A stretch of DNA of 62,970 nucleotides, the filler included. It is 4 parts of 4 records of this genome, joined end to end, with 100 filler letters (N's around TTAATTAATTAA, not from the genome) between each part and the next. Parts side by side here need not be neighbours in the genome. Positions count along the whole stretch, not along the records: positions 53,004 to 62,970 come from DRR723986_1327; 3 more parts are not named here. The stretch is one strand, 5' to 3'. Shown here one piece after another: positions 59,221-62,970 of this stretch. Made by a program: the position numbers and the translations under genes. Each line of letters begins with the position of its first letter. Position 1 is the first letter of the stretch. Below the pieces are notes generated by a model. The model worked only from the letters and a program-made list of their open reading frames with translations. It was not told where the DNA came from and did not search any database.

Positions 59221-61833
59221 ATGATCCGATTCATTTTTTCCTTTCTTGGGGCTATTTTCAGCCTCGTGACCAACGGGCTTGTCATGGGCGCGTTGATTGC
59301 AGGGGGCGTGATCTTTTCCTTCACCCGCGACCTGCCCGATTATCAGACATTGCAGCAGTATTCGCCCGCCACGATCAGCCGGATTTACAACCGTGATGGC
59401 GAAATCATGGATGAATTCGCCGCCGAACGCCGGATCTATGCATCCTATGACGAGATTCCTGAGGTTGTCGTTCATGCCTTCGTCAGCGCCGAGGATCGTA
59501 ATTTCTTTGAACATTCCGGCTATGACCCGCGCGCCATCGGCGCGGCGGTGGTCGAGGCGATCCGGTCGCGCGGGCAGGATGTGCGCGGCGCGTCCACGAT
59601 AACGCAGCAGGTGGTAAAGAACTTCCTGCTCGACGGGTCGCGCCGGATCGAACGCAAGATCCGGGAAATCATCCTTGCCGCGCGGATCGAACAGACGCTT
59701 TCAAAAGAGCGGATCATGGAGCTTTATCTCAATGAGATCGAGCTTGGGCAGCGCAGCTTTGGCGTGGCCGCTGCCGCGCAAACCTATTTCAACTCGGATC
59801 TTGTCGATCTGCGCCCCGAACAGGCTGCCTATCTGGCTGCACTGCCGCAATCGGGCGGCACTGCGCTGCATCCGGTGCGCAACTATGAGCGCGCCATCAG
59901 CCGCCGCAACTACGTGCTGCGCGAGATGTACGAAAACGGCTATCTGTCGATGGAAGAGATGGAGGCCGCGCAGGCTGCACCGCTTGAAACCGTGCAGGGC
60001 GGCCATATCGAGCCGTTCCGGGCACAGTTGCCGTCGCGGGACTATTTCTCGGATGAGATCCGCCGCCAGTTGAGCCGCGATTTCGGCACCGAGGGCTTCC
60101 TGTCGGGCGGATATACCGTGCGCGCCACCATGGACGAAAGCTTGCAAGCCGCCGCCGCTCAGGCGCTGCGCCGGGCGCTGGAACGCTATGACCGCGAACG
60201 CGGCCTCTGGCGCGAACCGCTTGCAACGATTGAACCCGAACTGCTGGACGAGGCGGGCGATGAGGGCTGGCGCGCGCTGCTGGCAGAGGTCACTTTCCCC
60301 CGTGATGTCGATGGCTGGCACGCGGCGGTGGTGCTGGAAGTGGGCAACACCCATGCCCGCATCGGCATCGAGGGCATCGAAGATGACGAGGACGGCCACT
60401 GGATTCCGCCAGAGGATGTGACATGGGCGCGGCCCGTGGATGCGGATGGCAACCGGGGTGACACCGCGCGCAGTGCGGGCGATTTGCTGGATGTGGGCGA
60501 CGTGATCCATGTGCGCGCCATGACCAGTGACAGCGACGGCAGCTTTATCCGCTGGACCTTGCGGCAAATCCCCGAGGTTCAGGGCGGCTTCATGGCGATG
60601 GACGTGAACACCGGCCGGGTTCTGGCGATGCAGGGCGGTTTTTCCTACCAGTATTCCAGCTTCAACCGCGCCACACAGGCGACGCGACAGCCGGGCTCGG
60701 TCTTCAAACCCTTCGTTTACGCAACGGCACTCGACACCGGTTACAGCCCCAACACCATCGTCATTGATGCCCCGATCGAGGTTGATACGGGCGAGGGGAT
60801 CTGGCGGCCCACCAATGCCTCCAACGAATTTTACGGCCCCGCGCCGCTGCGCACCGGGATCGAGCGGTCACGGAACCTGATGACCGTGCGTCTGGCGCAG
60901 GATGTGGGAATGGAAACCGTCGCCCGCTATGCCGAACGTTTTGGCGTGTATGACGAATTGCAGCCCTATCTTGCCAACTCGCTTGGATCGCAGGAAACCA
61001 CGCTTTACCGCGTCGTGGCTGCCTACGCGATGTTCGCCAATGGTGGCGAGCGGGTGGAGCCGACGCTGGTTGACCGGGTGCAGGACCGCTTTGGCGCCAC
61101 TGTCTATCGCCATGATCAGCGCGTCTGTCAGGATTGCCTGCTAAGCGAGTTGCAGGACGGCCGTGCGCCCCGGATCGTGTCGAACCGCGAACGGGTGATC
61201 GACGCGATCACCGCCTACCAGATCACCTCGATGATGCGCGGAGTGGTCACGCGCGGCACGGCGGCGGGCAGCGTCGGCAATGCCGGGCTCGGGGTGCCGC
61301 TTGCAGGCAAGACCGGCACCACCAACGATGCGCGCGACGTGTGGTTCGTGGGCTTCTCCAACACCATCGTGGCAGGCTGCTACATCGGCTTTGACACGCC
61401 CCGCAGCCTTGGCCGTGGGGCATCTGGTGGCGGCATGTGCGGACCGGTCTTTGCGCAGTTCATGCGGGAAGCGATTGATGAATATGGTGGCGGCGAATTC
61501 GCCGTGCCACCCGGTGGTCATTTCTATCCGATCGATCGTTATTCCGGCCAGCGTCTGGAACAGGGCGCATCTGGCCCTGATGTGGTGATGGAATATTTCC
61601 GCGACGGGGAAGAGCCGTTCTTCGGCATGTTGTCCATCGTTGACGGCGGCTTTGGCATGGGCTCGAACCTGCCGATGTTCGCGCGCGGTCAGGAACCCGG
61701 CAGCGACGGAGAGGTTGTGGATGGCGATCCGCTGCCGCCGACGGACAGCACCGTGGAAACCTCGACCGGGGGAACCGCGCGGGTGCCGCTTGGCACCGGC
61801 TTTGGCGAACTGACCTCGGGCGGGCTTTACTGA
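59221..61833 (+). CDS. mrcA: Penicillin-binding protein 1A
   Basis: Transglycosylase EDRNFFEH, GASTITQQ and RKIRE; transpeptidase GSVFKP (SxxK), SRN and KTGT. Confidence 0.94.
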   Translation: MIRFIFSFLGAIFSLVTNGLVMGALIAGGVIFSFTRDLPDYQTLQQYSPATISRIYNRDGEIMDEFAAERRIYASYDEIPEVVVHAFVSAEDRNFFEHSGYDPRAIGAAVVEAIRSRGQDVRGASTITQQVVKNFLLDGSRRIERKIREIILAARIEQTLSKERIMELYLNEIELGQRSFGVAAAAQTYFNSDLVDLRPEQAAYLAALPQSGGTALHPVRNYERAISRRNYVLREMYENGYLSMEEMEAAQAAPLETVQGGHIEPFRAQLPSRDYFSDEIRRQLSRDFGTEGFLSGGYTVRATMDESLQAAAAQALRRALERYDRERGLWREPLATIEPELLDEAGDEGWRALLAEVTFPRDVDGWHAAVVLEVGNTHARIGIEGIEDDEDGHWIPPEDVTWARPVDADGNRGDTARSAGDLLDVGDVIHVRAMTSDSDGSFIRWTLRQIPEVQGGFMAMDVNTGRVLAMQGGFSYQYSSFNRATQATRQPGSVFKPFVYATALDTGYSPNTIVIDAPIEVDTGEGIWRPTNASNEFYGPAPLRTGIERSRNLMTVRLAQDVGMETVARYAERFGVYDELQPYLANSLGSQETTLYRVVAAYAMFANGGERVEPTLVDRVQDRFGATVYRHDQRVCQDCLLSELQDGRAPRIVSNRERVIDAITAYQITSMMRGVVTRGTAAGSVGNAGLGVPLAGKTGTTNDARDVWFVGFSNTIVAGCYIGFDTPRSLGRGASGGGMCGPVFAQFMREAIDEYGGGEFAVPPGGHFYPIDRYSGQRLEQGASGPDVVMEYFRDGEEPFFGMLSIVDGGFGMGSNLPMFARGQEPGSDGEVVDGDPLPPTDSTVETSTGGTARVPLGTGFGELTSGGLY

Positions 61834-61843
61834 CGGTTGAGTG

Positions 61844-61921
61844 GGGCGCGCGGCGCGTCGACGCGCCGCAACACCGGGCGTCGACGCCCGGTACGCTTTG
61901 CGCGCGCAAAGCGGCGCGCCC
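61844..61921. repeat. Three adjacent perfect 20-bp palindromes enclosed by a 6-bp stem
   Basis: GCGGCGCGTCGACGCGCCGC (61850-61869), ACCGGGCGTCGACGCCCGGT (61873-61892) and CGCTTTGCGCGCGCAAAGCG (61894-61913), closed by GGGCGC/GCGCCC. Confidence 0.9.
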
Positions 61922-62004
61922 TCTTCCCGCTCGGTGCTTGCAGCGGCGCGGGGGCTGGTCTACATCCCTGTGACAGTCCTTTTCACGAGCCGAGCGAGCA
62001 GACC

Positions 62005-62970
62005 ATGCGGGCCGAAACCCAAAGCCATATCGAGAAAATCCGCAAATCCCTGACCCTTCTGGGCCAGCGGATGGACCTTGAAACGGCCCCTCACCGGTTG
62101 GAGGAGTTCAACGCCCGCGTCGAAGACCCGGATCTGTGGAATGACCCCGAAAAGGCGCAAAAGCTGATGCGCGACCGGCAGATGCTTGTCGACAAGATGG
62201 GCACCTACAAGGCGATCGAAAGCGGTCTGAACGACAATGTCGAACTGATCGAGCTTGGCGAAATGGAAGATGACAAGGAAATCATCGCCGAGGCAGAGGC
62301 GGCGCTGTCCGACCTGACGAAGACCGCCGCCGCCAAGGAGCTGGAGGCGCTGCTAGACGGCGAGGCAGACAGCAACGACACGTTCCTCGAAATCAACTCG
62401 GGTGCCGGTGGCACCGAAAGCTGTGACTGGGCGTCGATCCTGGCGCGCATGTATGTCCGGTGGGCCGAGAAGAAGGGCTACGACGTCGAACTGCAATCGG
62501 AAAGCGCCGGCGAAGAGGCAGGGATCAAATCCGCCACCTACAAAATCTCCGGCCATAATGCCTATGGCTGGCTGAAATCTGAATCGGGCGTTCACCGTCT
62601 GGTTCGCATCAGCCCCTATGACAGCGCCGCCCGGCGGCATACATCCTTCAGTTCGGTCTGGGTCTATCCGGTTGTGGACGACAATATCGAGATCGAGGTG
62701 AACCCCTCTGACATCCGTATCGACACCTATCGGTCGTCGGGGGCTGGCGGTCAGCACGTGAACACCACGGACTCGGCCGTTCGGATCACCCACATGCCAA
62801 CCGGCATCGTCGTCACTAGTTCCGAGAAATCGCAGCACCAGAACCGCGATATCGCCATGAAGGCGCTGAAATCGCGGCTCTACCAGCAAGAACTGGACCG
62901 CCGCAACGCTGCCATCAACGAGGCGCATGAGAACAAGGGTGACGCGGGCTGGGGCAACCAGATCCGGTCC
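62005..62970 (+). CDS. prfB: Peptide chain release factor 2 (3' truncated)
   Basis: Not in the ORF track. Manual translation gives MRAETQSHIEKIRKSL...GAGGTESCDWA...GVHRLVRISPY...GAGGQHVN...WGNQIRS in one continuous frame. Confidence 0.96.
   Translation, partial: MRAETQSHIEKIRKSLTLLGQRMDLETAPHRLEEFNARVEDPDLWNDPEKAQKLMRDRQMLVDKMGTYKAIESGLNDNVELIELGEMEDDKEIIAEAEAALSDLTKTAAAKELEALLDGEADSNDTFLEINSGAGGTESCDWASILARMYVRWAEKKGYDVELQSESAGEEAGIKSATYKISGHNAYGWLKSESGVHRLVRISPYDSAARRHTSFSSVWVYPVVDDNIEIEVNPSDIRIDTYRSSGAGGQHVNTTDSAVRITHMPTGIVVTSSEKSQHQNRDIAMKALKSRLYQQELDRRNAAINEAHENKGDAGWGNQIRS

Noticed and set aside
62071-62082. CTTGA in prfB as a frameshift site
   Set aside because: It reads CTT GAA in frame with the downstream RF2 motifs, and the TGA is out of frame.
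62205-62928. Minus-strand ORFs of 81 and 191 aa
   Set aside because: Antisense shadows of prfB.

Overview
The window is an artificial concatenation of four unrelated contigs joined by identical 100-nt spacers (44 N + TTAATTAATTAA + 44 N) at 18005-18104, 35352-35451 and 52904-53003. Taxonomic labels below are inferred from protein content and were not computed. (1) 1-18004, gammaproteobacterial: the TCA block gltA, sdhCDAB, sucAB, lpdA and partial sucC, then an SDR, a CinA-like gene, an SRPBCC gene and an orphan B12-binding radical SAM gene. (2) 18105-35351, Rhodobacteraceae-like: glutaryl-CoA dehydrogenase with a LysR, SRAP, two AraC modules, a 5'-nucleotidase, a pyrD operon, MATE, PaaI thioesterases, two MerR/LiuR-like regulators split by a LuxR solo, and a partial acyl-CoA dehydrogenase. 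(3) 35452-52903, Planctomycete (Pirellulaceae-like): a QW-repeat protein, a crotonase and transketolase, then a co-oriented run of ACP, CrtI-like FAD oxidoreductase, Fe-ADH, PQQ-like beta-propeller, atypical HemN-like radical SAM, orphan GcvH-like lipoyl carrier, 2x[4Fe-4S] protein and PVC-type CxxCH protein. This run is the best candidate for an undescribed system. (4) 53004-62970, a second Rhodobacteraceae-like contig: trmJ (partial), ctaA, M32 peptidase, MFS, crotonase, PaaI, methyltransferase, mrcA and prfB (partial, no frameshift). Notable non-coding structure: a duplicated 56-bp sigma70-like promoter, three adjacent perfect 20-bp palindromes upstream of prfB, a hairpin array with compensatory changes, and a GTAG-type REP. 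I found no CRISPR array, tRNA, rRNA gene or transposase.
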